Made by a program: the position numbers and the translations under genes
The notes under the pieces: generated by a model
Databases searched by the model: none
What the model was told of the DNA's origin: nothing
Seen by the model: only the letters and a program-made list of their open reading frames with translations
Shown: in pieces, positions 20,585-30,635 of the stretch
How positions within the stretch are numbered: position 1 is the first letter of the stretch
Layout: each line of letters begins with the position of its first letter
NCBI GenBank assembly: GCA_045598245.1
Contig: JAZLLQ010000020.1
Coordinates: forward strand, 13,772-77,771
DNA length: 64,000 bases
Reading direction: 5' to 3'
Source of the DNA: Candidatus Gastranaerophilales bacterium
GTDB taxonomy: Bacteria; Cyanobacteriota; Vampirovibrionia; Gastranaerophilales; JAILCC01

Positions 20585-21658
20585 ATGGCTCTTGAATTGT
20601 GTACCTTAAATGAGGATATTTTTTTTAAAAGTTTTAAAGATGAATTTTTATTTCAAAAATTTATTCAGGAAAAATTTTTATCGTTATCGGATGCAATAGT
20701 TGTAGTTTTGGATAATAAAAAACGAATATTATTGTATTCTCGAGAATTTTCCGAATTAGTTGAGAATGTAAATCCTACGGGTGAAATTTTTACTCAAATA
20801 ATGAAAACTATAGCCCACTTACCTGATGATTTCTTTAAAGAAAAAAGTTACTTTATAAAAGTTAATTCCTGTGACAAAGTTTTTAAAGCAGAAATAGAAA
20901 AATACGGAGCTGACTCTATACAAACACTTAGGTATGTAATTATTTTGAAAGATGTATCCGATAAAAATGAAATGCAAATAGAGAAAGATAATTTCATAGC
21001 AACCCTTACGCATGATTTGAAAACTCCCGTGCGTGCAGGAATTTTGTCATTAGAACTTCTGCAAAAAGGTCGTTTTGGAGAATTAAATAATGAACAGGCT
21101 GAAATTATCAGTGAACTTTTAAATTCAAACAAATTTATTATTAATATGATTGATACGTTGCTTGCAAAGTTTAAGTACGAAAATGATGAAGTTCAGCTTA
21201 ATAAACTGACATTTGATATAAATGAATTTATCAAAGGCATTATAAAAGAGTTAAAATGTCTTTTTGATGAAAAACAGCTTACTTGTACTTTACATTTATT
21301 TCCTGAAAAAATAGAGCTTTATGCTGATAATCTGGAGTTAAAGCGTGCTTTTTTAAACCTCATATCAAATGCGATAAAATTCAATAATGATAATGGAAAA
21401 GTAGAAATTTCCATAATAAAAGAAGATAATTCTGTAAAAGTTATAATAAGAGATACCGGCTTAGGAATGAGTAAAGATAAACTGGAACATATTTTTGATA
21501 AGTATGTCAGTTATGCTAAAAAATTCAGGCGATTGGGTACAGGACTGGGATTGTATGTTGCGAAGAAAATAATATTAGCTCATTCGGGGAGTATAGAAGT
21601 ATCCTCAAAAGTTAATGAAGGAAGTACTTTTATCGTGACTTTACCGTTAAAAAATTAA
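20585..21658 (+). CDS. Sensor histidine kinase (HisKA + HATPase_c), cytoplasmic
   Basis: HDLKTP H-box, NLISNAIKF N-box, DTGLG and GTGLGL; start set at the ATG after GGAGG. Confidence 0.93.
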   Translation: MALELCTLNEDIFFKSFKDEFLFQKFIQEKFLSLSDAIVVVLDNKKRILLYSREFSELVENVNPTGEIFTQIMKTIAHLPDDFFKEKSYFIKVNSCDKVFKAEIEKYGADSIQTLRYVIILKDVSDKNEMQIEKDNFIATLTHDLKTPVRAGILSLELLQKGRFGELNNEQAEIISELLNSNKFIINMIDTLLAKFKYENDEVQLNKLTFDINEFIKGIIKELKCLFDEKQLTCTLHLFPEKIELYADNLELKRAFLNLISNAIKFNNDNGKVEISIIKEDNSVKVIIRDTGLGMSKDKLEHIFDKYVSYAKKFRRLGTGLGLYVAKKIILAHSGSIEVSSKVNEGSTFIVTLPLKN

Positions 21659-21714
21659 GTGCTACATGAAATACATAATCATGATACAATAACGGTGTAT
21701 CGAAAGGATGTTTT

Positions 21715-22389
21715 ATGCGACTTGAAAAAAATCATAATTTGCCGGGAACATTGATTTGTGTAGAGGGTATTGACGGTTCAGGAAAATCTACACAGTTGGC
21801 TATTTTAAATGAATGGCTTTCACAGACATTTTCAGATGTGATTTTTACGGAATGGAACTCTTCAAGATTGATTTCCCAAACAACAAAGCTGGCTAAGAAA
21901 AAGTCGCAATTAAGTCCAAGAACTTTTAGCCTTTTGCATGCGGTTGATTTTGCAGACAGGCTTGAACAGATTATCGTACCGGCATTAAAAGCAGGTTTTA
22001 TTGTTCTTGCAGACAGATATGTTTACACTGCTTTTGCAAGGGATGTTGCAAGAGGGGTTGATTCAGATTGGGTTAGAAATATGTACGGGTTTGCTATAAA
22101 ACCTGATTTGACCGTTTATTTTAAAGTGCCTGTTGATACATCATTAAAAAGAATTTGCTCTAATCGTCAGCCTAAGTTCTATGAAGCGGGTATGGACTTA
22201 AAATTAAGTAATGACCCGTATGAAAGTTACAGGATTTTCCAAAGTCGTGTTATATATGAATATGACAGAATGATTAAAGAATTTGACTTAGTCAAGATGG
22301 ATGCAACAAAATCTATTCATGAGCAACAAATGAAGTTCAGAGAGTACGTTATAAAAGTTTTAAAGCATAAAGGAATTGAAATTGCCTAA
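21715..22389 (+). CDS. tmk: Thymidylate kinase-like protein 1
   Basis: EGIDGSGKST P-loop, LADRY. Confidence 0.8.
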   Translation: MRLEKNHNLPGTLICVEGIDGSGKSTQLAILNEWLSQTFSDVIFTEWNSSRLISQTTKLAKKKSQLSPRTFSLLHAVDFADRLEQIIVPALKAGFIVLADRYVYTAFARDVARGVDSDWVRNMYGFAIKPDLTVYFKVPVDTSLKRICSNRQPKFYEAGMDLKLSNDPYESYRIFQSRVIYEYDRMIKEFDLVKMDATKSIHEQQMKFREYVIKVLKHKGIEIA

Positions 22390-23053
22390 ATTAAACAAAA
22401 ATAAGCATGAATATAAAGGAAAACTCATTGTTATTGAAGGAACTGATGCTTCAGGAAAATCAACGCAAATTGATTTGTTGCGTAAATATATTGAGGCTCA
22501 AGGTTATGGTGTTCTGGTCAGCGAGTGGAAATCATCGGAGCTTATTGCAAGTGTAATTGACGAAGCAAAAGAGAGAAATTTGTTCAATGCAAATACATTC
22601 AGTTTGATGTATGCGGCTGATTTTGCTTACAGACTTGAAAATCATGTTTTGCCATCTTTAGAAGCCGGTTTTATAGTTTTAATGGACAGATATACTTATA
22701 CAGCTTATGCCCGAGATGTAGTGCGAGGCGTAAAGCCGGCATGGGTTCGCAAATTGTACAGCTATGCTCCTGCTCCTGATATGACTTTTTATATAGATAT
22801 TCCTGTTGATGTGATTTTGAAAAGAATTATTGCATCAAAGAATTTTGACTATTATGAAGCCGGGCGTGATATAGGTTTGAGTACCGATTTTTATGAATCT
22901 TTTAAGATGTACCAGACAAAAATAATGGAAGAATATGCAAAAATGGTAAAAGAATACGGTTTTATTAAAGTAAACGGAAATGATTCCATTGAAAAAATAA
23001 ACTCGGTAATAATAAAAAATACGATGAAAATAATTAAAGAAAAGGTAGATTAA
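22376..23053 (+). CDS. tmk: Thymidylate kinase-like protein 2
   Basis: EGTDASGKST P-loop, LMDRY; overlaps the first copy. Confidence 0.8.
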   Translation: MKLPKLNKNKHEYKGKLIVIEGTDASGKSTQIDLLRKYIEAQGYGVLVSEWKSSELIASVIDEAKERNLFNANTFSLMYAADFAYRLENHVLPSLEAGFIVLMDRYTYTAYARDVVRGVKPAWVRKLYSYAPAPDMTFYIDIPVDVILKRIIASKNFDYYEAGRDIGLSTDFYESFKMYQTKIMEEYAKMVKEYGFIKVNGNDSIEKINSVIIKNTMKIIKEKVD

Positions 23054-23057
23054 GGCA

Positions 23058-23810
23058 ATGGATAAAAACACAAAAAAGGCATTGGAATATTTTAGTAAAA
23101 AAGATTATGAAAAGGCTATTAACTCTTTTCAAAAAGCAATAGAAATGAATGGTGGCGATTTTTGGACATATAACAATATTGCAACGGCATATTACGGACT
23201 CGAAGATTATCAAAACGCAATAGAATTTTATTTAAAAGCACTTAATAAGAACCCGAAAGCTGCTGATGTGTATTTGAATTTAGCCAACGCATATAAGGCT
23301 AATGATGAACTCGCAATGGCAATTGATACATTATCTGCAGGGGCAGAGCAAAATCCTGATAATGATGATATCCGTCATTTAAAAGCATTGTTCTTATATG
23401 ATGATATGCAGTATGATTTGGCGCTTGATGAGCTTGAAAAAATATTGGATAAAAATGAATTTGATTTGAATGCTAATTATGATATAGCTAAAATTTATTT
23501 TGATATGGGATTATATGAAAGTGCAATTTCCCATTATATAAAAATACTTGATTCTGTCGATAATTCGGCTGATATTCACTATAATATGGCATTGGCTTAT
23601 GCTGCTCAGGATGATGTAGACAAAGCTATTTTTCATTTGTTCAATGTCATAAGTATTAATCAGGCTTATTATCCCGCATACAAAAAACTTGGGGTAATGC
23701 TTCTTGCGAAGGGTGAGAAAGATGAAGCGAAAGAGTATTTAGAAAAATACATAAAATTTGAACTTCCACAGGATGAAATTGACTCTATAAAAAAAATTAT
23801 TGAACAATAG
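23058..23810 (+). CDS. TPR-repeat protein
   Basis: Repeated 34-aa A/Y/L TPR pattern. Confidence 0.88.
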   Translation: MDKNTKKALEYFSKKDYEKAINSFQKAIEMNGGDFWTYNNIATAYYGLEDYQNAIEFYLKALNKNPKAADVYLNLANAYKANDELAMAIDTLSAGAEQNPDNDDIRHLKALFLYDDMQYDLALDELEKILDKNEFDLNANYDIAKIYFDMGLYESAISHYIKILDSVDNSADIHYNMALAYAAQDDVDKAIFHLFNVISINQAYYPAYKKLGVMLLAKGEKDEAKEYLEKYIKFELPQDEIDSIKKIIEQ

Positions 23811-23886
23811 CTCTGTTAACAAATGGAAATTTAAAGGTTCTATGTGTTAAAATAGTTATAGTTTTTTCAGAGAGAAGGTATTTGTA

Positions 23887-25110
23887 ATGAAAAATAATAT
23901 TAAGTCAAAAATTCTTATAATATTGGTTTTGATAGCCTCAGTGTTTGTTTTTAAAACAGATGTTTATGCATATACTCCTCAGTCACTTTATGATGAAGTA
24001 TGGAGATTGGTTTTTGCAAAGTATGTTGATCAGACTAACAATGGTCAATTGTGGCAGATTTGGCGACATAAATATGATGAAAAAATTAAAACAGATGCGG
24101 ATGCTTATGTTGCAATTGATACAATGTTAGCGAGTCTAAATGATCCGTATACGAGATTTCTCCCTCCGAGTGAATTTGCGGAAGAAGGAAGTGCAATTAG
24201 CGGTACATTAAAAGGTATTGGTGTTCAGATAAGTGTAAAAGACGGGAAATTGTTGGTTATTTCTCCGATAGAGGATACCCCCGCCGCAAAAGCAGGCTTG
24301 CAGGCAAATGATCATATTGTCGAAATTGACGGTAAGAGTACCAAAGGTATGACTGTTAAAGATGCTGCTGATAATATCAGAGGCGAAGAAGGTACAACCG
24401 TCAGATTGTTGGTTCGAAGAGGGAGTGTAGATAAAATTTATGATATTCCAAGAGCAGAGATAAAATTAAAGTCTATTTCTACAACTCCTCCAATGAAATT
24501 TGCTTTGAATAATAGTGTCGGATATATTCGTTTAAGTACGTTTATGAATAAGGGGGCTTCTGAGGAATTTTCAAATGCACTTAGTCAGCTATGCAATAAA
24601 TCAGGTTATATCATAGATTTAAGGTCAAACCCGGGCGGACTCCTTTCAAATGCGATATTTATTTCCGATATGTTGCTAAACGGAGGAACTATTGTCAGCA
24701 CAGTTGATAGAGATGGTTACAAAGAGGACACAAAAGCTGCAAAACGTGTAAGCACGACAAAACCCATTGTTGTTTTGATTAATGGCGGTAGTGCAAGTGC
24801 AAGTGAAATTCTTAGCGGAGCATTAAAAGATAACGGCAGAGCTGTTCTTGTTGGCGAAAAAACCTTTGGCAAAGGTTTGGTTCAGGAAATAAACAAATTG
24901 CAAGGCGGCAGCGGTTTGAATATAACCACTCAAAAGTATTTGACTCCAAACGGTACTGATATTAACAAAAAAGGTATTACTCCCGATTATGTTGTAAAAC
25001 TCACCGAAGAAGATGTAAAAAACGGGAAAGACCCGCAACTTGCAAAAGCGCAAGAGGTTCTTCTTAAAAGAATTTATATGACTCAGGTGCCACAAAGAGC
25101 TGCTCGTTAA
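23887..25110 (+). CDS. ctpA: S41 carboxyl-terminal processing protease
   Basis: DPYTRF, PDZ domain, DLRSNPGGLL, SASASEI, TFGKGLVQ. Confidence 0.93.
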   Translation: MKNNIKSKILIILVLIASVFVFKTDVYAYTPQSLYDEVWRLVFAKYVDQTNNGQLWQIWRHKYDEKIKTDADAYVAIDTMLASLNDPYTRFLPPSEFAEEGSAISGTLKGIGVQISVKDGKLLVISPIEDTPAAKAGLQANDHIVEIDGKSTKGMTVKDAADNIRGEEGTTVRLLVRRGSVDKIYDIPRAEIKLKSISTTPPMKFALNNSVGYIRLSTFMNKGASEEFSNALSQLCNKSGYIIDLRSNPGGLLSNAIFISDMLLNGGTIVSTVDRDGYKEDTKAAKRVSTTKPIVVLINGGSASASEILSGALKDNGRAVLVGEKTFGKGLVQEINKLQGGSGLNITTQKYLTPNGTDINKKGITPDYVVKLTEEDVKNGKDPQLAKAQEVLLKRIYMTQVPQRAAR

Positions 25111-25120
25111 TTGTTGAGTT

Positions 25121-26086
25121 TTATTTGCTTTGTAAAATAGCGATACAAGTTAATAGCATAAATATTGTTACGATATTTCTGGAGTAAAAAAACCTAAAAT
25201 AAAATGGTGCATCAGATGTGTTTTTTAATTCATTCCATTTGTCAAGCGGATAGTGCCAAAAACGGATGACAGGCAAATGTGTTTTGTCATCATTATAATT
25301 TTTTAAAGCATTATATAAATCAATAATCAGCGGAATGGTTAAAAAAGGTAATAAATAAAATAATGTTTTGCTTGCTAAAAATCCTAATAATACAAAACTT
25401 ACACCGTAGAAAAATAAAATAAAATTGAGTGCATTATTTTTATTTTTTAAGTATCTGCAGAGTGTTTTTTTGTGTGAACATTCATCACCATCATAATCCA
25501 TAAGCATGTGTGTATATAAAATTGTATTTGTAAAAAACGCACATGCTAAAGACAAAACGAGTACAAATAGTGAAAATCTGCTTGTCATAACATAATAGAC
25601 CCCTTCGTATAAAAGAGGACCGTATGCAAATATTACTGCGATTTCGCCCAACCCTTTCAGTGATAATCTTTGATATAACAGTGCAACCGCAAGTGCCATA
25701 ATTGCAAGTAATGCAACATATACACCGGATGTAATAAATAAAATTATACCGATGAAAGTTGCAATTCCCAAAAAAGTAATTATTGCATTTCTCAAATCTG
25801 TTGTTGTGGCAAGATTATCTTTTAAGTACTTACACTTACAATTTTGAGCTGAATTTATAAAATTTTCGTCTTTGGATAAAATTCTATAATCAAAATAATC
25901 GTCAATTAAATTTGTTGCCATGTGAACCAACCCGATACCAAATAGACAAATTACTCCTAATATTATGTTTCCGCCATGTTTTATTGAATATACAAAAATT
26001 ACAAGCCAGTTTAATATTGTTATAGGAAGTGAATAAACTCTTGCGCAATTTAGCCAAAATATTATCTTATTAATTATTGTTTTCAT
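25121..26086 (-). CDS. UbiA/MenA-family prenyltransferase
   Basis: R.YSLP, NLIDDYFDY, GLGE, N..L...MDYDGD...K.TL; multiple TM helices. Confidence 0.8.
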   Translation of the reverse strand: MKTIINKIIFWLNCARVYSLPITILNWLVIFVYSIKHGGNIILGVICLFGIGLVHMATNLIDDYFDYRILSKDENFINSAQNCKCKYLKDNLATTTDLRNAIITFLGIATFIGIILFITSGVYVALLAIMALAVALLYQRLSLKGLGEIAVIFAYGPLLYEGVYYVMTSRFSLFVLVLSLACAFFTNTILYTHMLMDYDGDECSHKKTLCRYLKNKNNALNFILFFYGVSFVLLGFLASKTLFYLLPFLTIPLIIDLYNALKNYNDDKTHLPVIRFWHYPLDKWNELKNTSDAPFYFRFFYSRNIVTIFMLLTCIAILQSK

Positions 26087-26231
26087 AATCTCTCTTATTT
26101 TTATGTGTCCCATTCGTTTATTATATCATCAATATGTTTATATGCACTTTTACTCTGTCCGAATGATGACTTTTTAAAATATATCATTAAAATTTTTATT
26201 AGGTAGTATAAAATTTTGAGGGTATAGGTTT

Positions 26232-26747
26232 ATGTACGATAAGGCACAATCAACAAGTTTATTTACTGCAGCTCAAAGTGGTCTGCAAACATCATTGCAA
26301 TATTTGTTTTCTCAGGAAAAAGAAGGTGTAACGAGAACTGCATTAAATAATGCAATTTATAACAACGCAAACGGTGTTAATTCATCATTTTTCCAAATGA
26401 TTAACAGTGATTTTGCCACATTAGACAAAAATAATGACGGTAAATTAAGCCCTGACGAGGCAAATAAAATGATTACAAATTTATCATCAGGTTTAACAAG
26501 AAACCAAATCCTTCAACTTAAAGCTCAGGGTGCAATCGATGATGATTTGGCAGGTAAAATACTTTCTAATTTCTCAAAAGTTGACACAAACGGTGACGGG
26601 ATGGTTTCTGAAAGTGAAATAAATGCTTACTGTATGGATGAAGACATTCAGGACAAAAGAGATGAACAGACAAATTTAACAATTAAAAATATGTCTTTGT
26701 ATTATGATACAGATGCTGATGATGTTTCAGAAAGTGACAAGTCGTAA
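26232..26747 (+). CDS. EF-hand domain protein
   Basis: DKNNDGKLSPDE and DTNGDGMVSESE canonical EF loops. Confidence 0.85.
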   Translation: MYDKAQSTSLFTAAQSGLQTSLQYLFSQEKEGVTRTALNNAIYNNANGVNSSFFQMINSDFATLDKNNDGKLSPDEANKMITNLSSGLTRNQILQLKAQGAIDDDLAGKILSNFSKVDTNGDGMVSESEINAYCMDEDIQDKRDEQTNLTIKNMSLYYDTDADDVSESDKS

Positions 26748-26748
26748 A

Positions 26749-26952
26749 TTATGCGATAAAGTTTAAGCCTAATTTTGTTGAACCAACTAACGGAGATTCT
26801 TTTAATAATTGGTTTACTGATTTGTATTGAGTTTTTTTAGGTTTTGTCATTGCTGATGACAAGTTTAATTGCACTCTCGCATATTTTTGTGAACTTGGTG
26901 TAATGTTTGTGTATCTTAAATTGAATAAGTTAATTTGATCTAATGTTGACAT
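26749..26952 (-). CDS. Small hypothetical protein
   Basis: AGGAG RBS before the ATG at 26952. Confidence 0.55.
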   Translation of the reverse strand: MSTLDQINLFNLRYTNITPSSQKYARVQLNLSSAMTKPKKTQYKSVNQLLKESPLVGSTKLGLNFIA

Positions 26953-27105
26953 CTCTATTTCTCCTATTGCTCTCTTGTATTTATATAAAAACAATGAGTA
27001 TATACTTATTGCTTATTTTGTATATATTTTGCTTAACATTTATTTACAATATACTCAAAAGCATTGTTATTACTGGTGTTGTGAAAGTAGAAATTTACAT
27101 TAAAA

Positions 27106-27133
27106 AAGACCGAACTTTTTTAAGTTCGGTCTT
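27106..27133 (-). terminator. Terminator of flagellin gene
   Basis: aagaccgaactt/aagttcggtctt inverted repeat followed by T-run on the minus strand. Confidence 0.8.
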
Positions 27134-27155
27134 AATAAATCTCGCAAATATCCTA

Positions 27156-28007
27156 TTAGCTTAATAGTGTTAAAGCTATTGACGGATTTGAATTTGCTTG
27201 ACTTAATAATGCAGCAGAGCTTTGTTGCAAAATTTGGTATTTTGTTAACGCTGCTGCCTCCTTAGCAATATCTGCATCCCTGAGTTCTGATAATGATGCT
27301 GACAAATTTTCTGATTTGATTAATAAACTATCCATTGTTGCATCCAATCTGTTTTGGAATGCACCAATTTTAGATCTGCATTCAGATACCACGTTGATAG
27401 CATCATCTATTGTTTGGATAAAGTCTGAACAAGTTTGTGGGGTTGCAAATGAAGCCTGTAAACCGGTTTCAGAGAAGTTTGCGTTTAATGCAGTTGCACT
27501 CATTTTAATTAATGCGGGACTGATGTCAAGTTGATTTTCCGCACCTGAGTTTGGACCGATTTGTAATACTAAACTGCTTGATCTTGAGCCATCCAAAAGT
27601 GGAATATCTGTAAATTTTGAAACTTGTGATAATCTTGTGATTTCAGCAAAGCGTGCTTGAACTTCTTGTAAAATCATAGTTCTTTCTGATGTAGAATAAG
27701 TTCCGTTTGCTGCTTGAACCGTTAAATCTCTTACTCTTTGCAAGTGTTCTTGAATTGTGTTCATATCACCTTCTGCGGTTTGAAGAAGGTTGATACCATG
27801 TTGGGTGTTCTGTTTTGCAACTTCAGTGCCGTTTACCTGAGATAGCATTTTTTGAGAAATTGCTAGTCCTGCTGCGTCATCTGCTGCGTGGTTAATTTTG
27901 TAACCTGTAGAAAGACGTTCCATTGTTTTGCCGACTGCTGAATTTGCTCTGGTTAAGTTCTTTTGTACAATTAGAGATGGTACGTTAGTGTTTACTACAA
28001 TGCTCAT
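27156..28007 (-). CDS. fliC: Flagellin (minimal, almost no variable domain)
   Basis: VNTN...ERLSTGYKINHAADDAAGLAIS, LQRVRDLTVQAANGT, RSKIGAFQNRL, DADIAKE. Confidence 0.96.
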   Translation of the reverse strand: MSIVVNTNVPSLIVQKNLTRANSAVGKTMERLSTGYKINHAADDAAGLAISQKMLSQVNGTEVAKQNTQHGINLLQTAEGDMNTIQEHLQRVRDLTVQAANGTYSTSERTMILQEVQARFAEITRLSQVSKFTDIPLLDGSRSSSLVLQIGPNSGAENQLDISPALIKMSATALNANFSETGLQASFATPQTCSDFIQTIDDAINVVSECRSKIGAFQNRLDATMDSLLIKSENLSASLSELRDADIAKEAAALTKYQILQQSSAALLSQANSNPSIALTLLS

Positions 28008-28033
28008 GTTCGATTCTCCTTAATCTTTTGTAA

Positions 28034-28057
28034 TATGCGTGGTTCCTTCCACACATA
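28034..28057 (-). promoter_or_regulatory. Candidate CsrA-binding hairpin in the flagellin leader
   Basis: TATGTGTGG-AAGGAA-CCACGCATA, ANGGA in the loop, second GGA in the SD. Confidence 0.65.
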
Positions 28058-28060
28058 GTA

Positions 28061-28087
28061 AAATCGGCACTTTTGGGCTTTTCTTTA
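28061..28087 (-). promoter_or_regulatory. Sigma28 (FliA) promoter
   Basis: TAAAG-N14-GCCGATTT upstream of flagellin. Confidence 0.85.
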
Positions 28088-28345
28088 TACGAATAAAGTT
28101 TAATCTTTCTTATACTTTAGTATGATATTTGTGTATTTTTTGTTCTTTATTTTGAGTGTTTTTACCGGCATGCCAAAAGTTATTTTTTATGCTTTGATAA
28201 AGTTTTATAAATGTTGTTAGTATTAGTGTTTTACCCAACATTGTTAAGTTTTGTTAAAAGAAAAAAATTATTAATTTGAAATTAGGCAATTTTTTTAATC
28301 GGATATACTTGATATATATAAGAAGAATAAGAGAGAGATACTATC

Positions 28346-29113
28346 ATGAGCTACGGAACATTATTAAGTAGTGCAGGTACACAAGCATTACAGAGCATGC
28401 AATCTAACAATGATGCAATGTACTATTTAGGTACTGTTAATACGGATAATTCTTATACGGGACAATCCGCAAAATTCAATAACCAAAGTATTTTTACAAA
28501 TTCATCAGGTATTTCGTCAGAATATACTTCAGGCGGGTACAATAATTTCGGTCAAGTCGATTATAACTCATACACAAATCCTGCATACAGAGGCAGAGAC
28601 GGGTTGAACAGACGAGGAGCTATATCAGGTTATGATACAAGGCGTTCTGCTATTCCGACAAATGAAAGCCAATATGCAAATGGTTTATATGGTTCATCAT
28701 TGATGGGCAATTATATGGTAAGTATTCAGAATGTTGCTTTGGGTCAATATGCGCCTACATCAGTATTTGAACAAAGATTAAATTACCATTTGGATTATGC
28801 GGATCAAAATAAACCCGGTTCAATGTTAGGTAATTATTCAAATTACTGTAACGTTGATTCTGTTGCAAATAATCAATCATCAAGCAGTAATTATAATACA
28901 TATTCATCATCAAGTTCCAAGACAGGTAATTCTTTTGGATCGTTAACATCGTCTAATGCAGGTTTAGCTAAAGCTGCAGGTGCTAATACCGTTTCAGATA
29001 TGATGAGTATATTTGGTACTGTTAATACAGGCAGTAGCACAAAATTGACGCAAAATACGATGAAGGCAACCGGTGCTAATACTGTTTCAAATTTGATGTC
29101 ATTAATGGCATAA
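28346..29113 (+). CDS. Ser/Asn/Thr/Gly-rich low-complexity protein
   Basis: 255-aa ORF; C-terminal duplicated GANTVS-x-[ML]MS. Confidence 0.7.
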   Translation: MSYGTLLSSAGTQALQSMQSNNDAMYYLGTVNTDNSYTGQSAKFNNQSIFTNSSGISSEYTSGGYNNFGQVDYNSYTNPAYRGRDGLNRRGAISGYDTRRSAIPTNESQYANGLYGSSLMGNYMVSIQNVALGQYAPTSVFEQRLNYHLDYADQNKPGSMLGNYSNYCNVDSVANNQSSSSNYNTYSSSSSKTGNSFGSLTSSNAGLAKAAGANTVSDMMSIFGTVNTGSSTKLTQNTMKATGANTVSNLMSLMA

Positions 29114-29959
29114 TTGACTTATAGCAACAGCTGTGTATTCAAGTAATTCTTCCGGCAATAGTGAATATTCACTATATTTGCCGGAATAAATTTCGCCTGC
29201 AAGTCCGTGAAGGTATACCGCTAAAATACTTGCTCTTTCTGTTGAAACTTTTTGAGCAAGAAAGCCGCCGAGCATGCCTGAGAGGATATCACCGGAACCG
29301 CCTTTTGCAAGAGCTGTATTTCCCGTACGATTTTCATATATGGTTAAAGTCTTTGTTGTTATTAAAGTTCTGTGTCCCTTTAGGATAACAATTGCCTGAT
29401 ACTTATTTTGAGCTGATTTTATAAAATGTTCTCTGTTATTTTCTATTTCTTCAACGCTTACATTTATTAGTCTGGATAGTTCTTTTGGATGTGGAGTTAG
29501 AATGAAATTTGAATTCAATTTTATATCTTTAAGTTGAGCAAGACAGTTTAGTCCGTCAGCATCAATTACGGTTGGTATATTTGTTGTTTTAAGAAATGCA
29601 AGTAGTTCTTTTGTGAATTTTATTGTTTTTTTATTGATATCTATACCGCATCCAAACACAACTGATGAAATATTTTCTTTTATAATTATATTTTTAACGA
29701 TATTGATATCGAAATTTTTATGAGATTTATAGATTAAATTTGGTGACAGTTTGCATTTTTCTATGACTTTGTCGCAAGTACAAAAAATGCTGTAACCTGC
29801 TCCGGTTCGCAGTGCTGCAGTTGCTGCCAAAAAGCCTGCACCAAAATATTTTTCTGAACTAACTATATTAAGGACTTTCCCAAAATCACCTTTGTTAGAA
29901 TTTTCATTTCTTTTGGGTAATAAATCTTTTGCCAGATTTCTTGTAATTATTTCTGTCAT
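29102..29959 (-). CDS. nnrD: ADP/ATP-dependent NAD(P)H-hydrate dehydratase (stand-alone)
   Basis: NKGDFGKV, VIDADGL, TPHPKEL, LAKGGSGDILSG. Confidence 0.93.
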   Translation of the reverse strand: MTEIITRNLAKDLLPKRNENSNKGDFGKVLNIVSSEKYFGAGFLAATAALRTGAGYSIFCTCDKVIEKCKLSPNLIYKSHKNFDINIVKNIIIKENISSVVFGCGIDINKKTIKFTKELLAFLKTTNIPTVIDADGLNCLAQLKDIKLNSNFILTPHPKELSRLINVSVEEIENNREHFIKSAQNKYQAIVILKGHRTLITTKTLTIYENRTGNTALAKGGSGDILSGMLGGFLAQKVSTERASILAVYLHGLAGEIYSGKYSEYSLLPEELLEYTAVAISQLCH

Positions 29960-29961
29960 TT

Positions 29962-30633
29962 TTAATTCCTTTTTTCAAAATGTTCTTCAAAGCAAAGTTT
30001 TAATTCTTGTTTGAGTTGTTCAATGTCAAAATTTGGTTTTATTTCATTTAAGGTGATTATGTGCTCAAAGTCAATTTCTCCTAAGAAAATTTTGTTAAGA
30101 AGATTTTTATCCAAAGAAAACGGAATAGCTCCATGTTGCAAAATATGAGTATTACTTCTGAATTGAGCAGACCCTATGAATTTTTTGTTGTTTACGTTAA
30201 CATCACAGATTGTTGACAAATTCATGCAGTATCCTGCCCCGATATTTGATTTTGTCTTTTCTCCGTAATAAGCATCTATTCCCATATTATTAAGTGCTTT
30301 TAGCAAAATACCTGATATTTCCTTATAATCTGTAATAATGTTAGTTCCGTCTTTAAGTATATTTTTTGAACAGATAACGCAATACGTCAGTTCGTCAGCA
30401 TGAAGAAGCGCTCTGCCTCCGGTGATTCTTCGTACTATCGGAATATTATTTTTTTTGCAAAAGTTTTCGTCAATACCAAGTATTTTTTGGTTTCTTCCGA
30501 GTGAAACGGATGGTTTATCCCACGCATAGAGTCTCAGTGCAAAATTAATGTTTTCGTTTTCACACTTTTTAAGCAGATTTTCGTCAAAATCCATGTTATA
30601 TTGCGCATCATGTATTTCAAAATCAATATACAT
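29962..30633 (-). CDS. Lipoate-protein ligase / LipM-type octanoyltransferase
   Basis: VRRITGGRALLH, KKFIGSAQ, LQHG. Confidence 0.9.
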   Translation of the reverse strand: MYIDFEIHDAQYNMDFDENLLKKCENENINFALRLYAWDKPSVSLGRNQKILGIDENFCKKNNIPIVRRITGGRALLHADELTYCVICSKNILKDGTNIITDYKEISGILLKALNNMGIDAYYGEKTKSNIGAGYCMNLSTICDVNVNNKKFIGSAQFRSNTHILQHGAIPFSLDKNLLNKIFLGEIDFEHIITLNEIKPNFDIEQLKQELKLCFEEHFEKRN

Positions 30634-30635
30634 AA

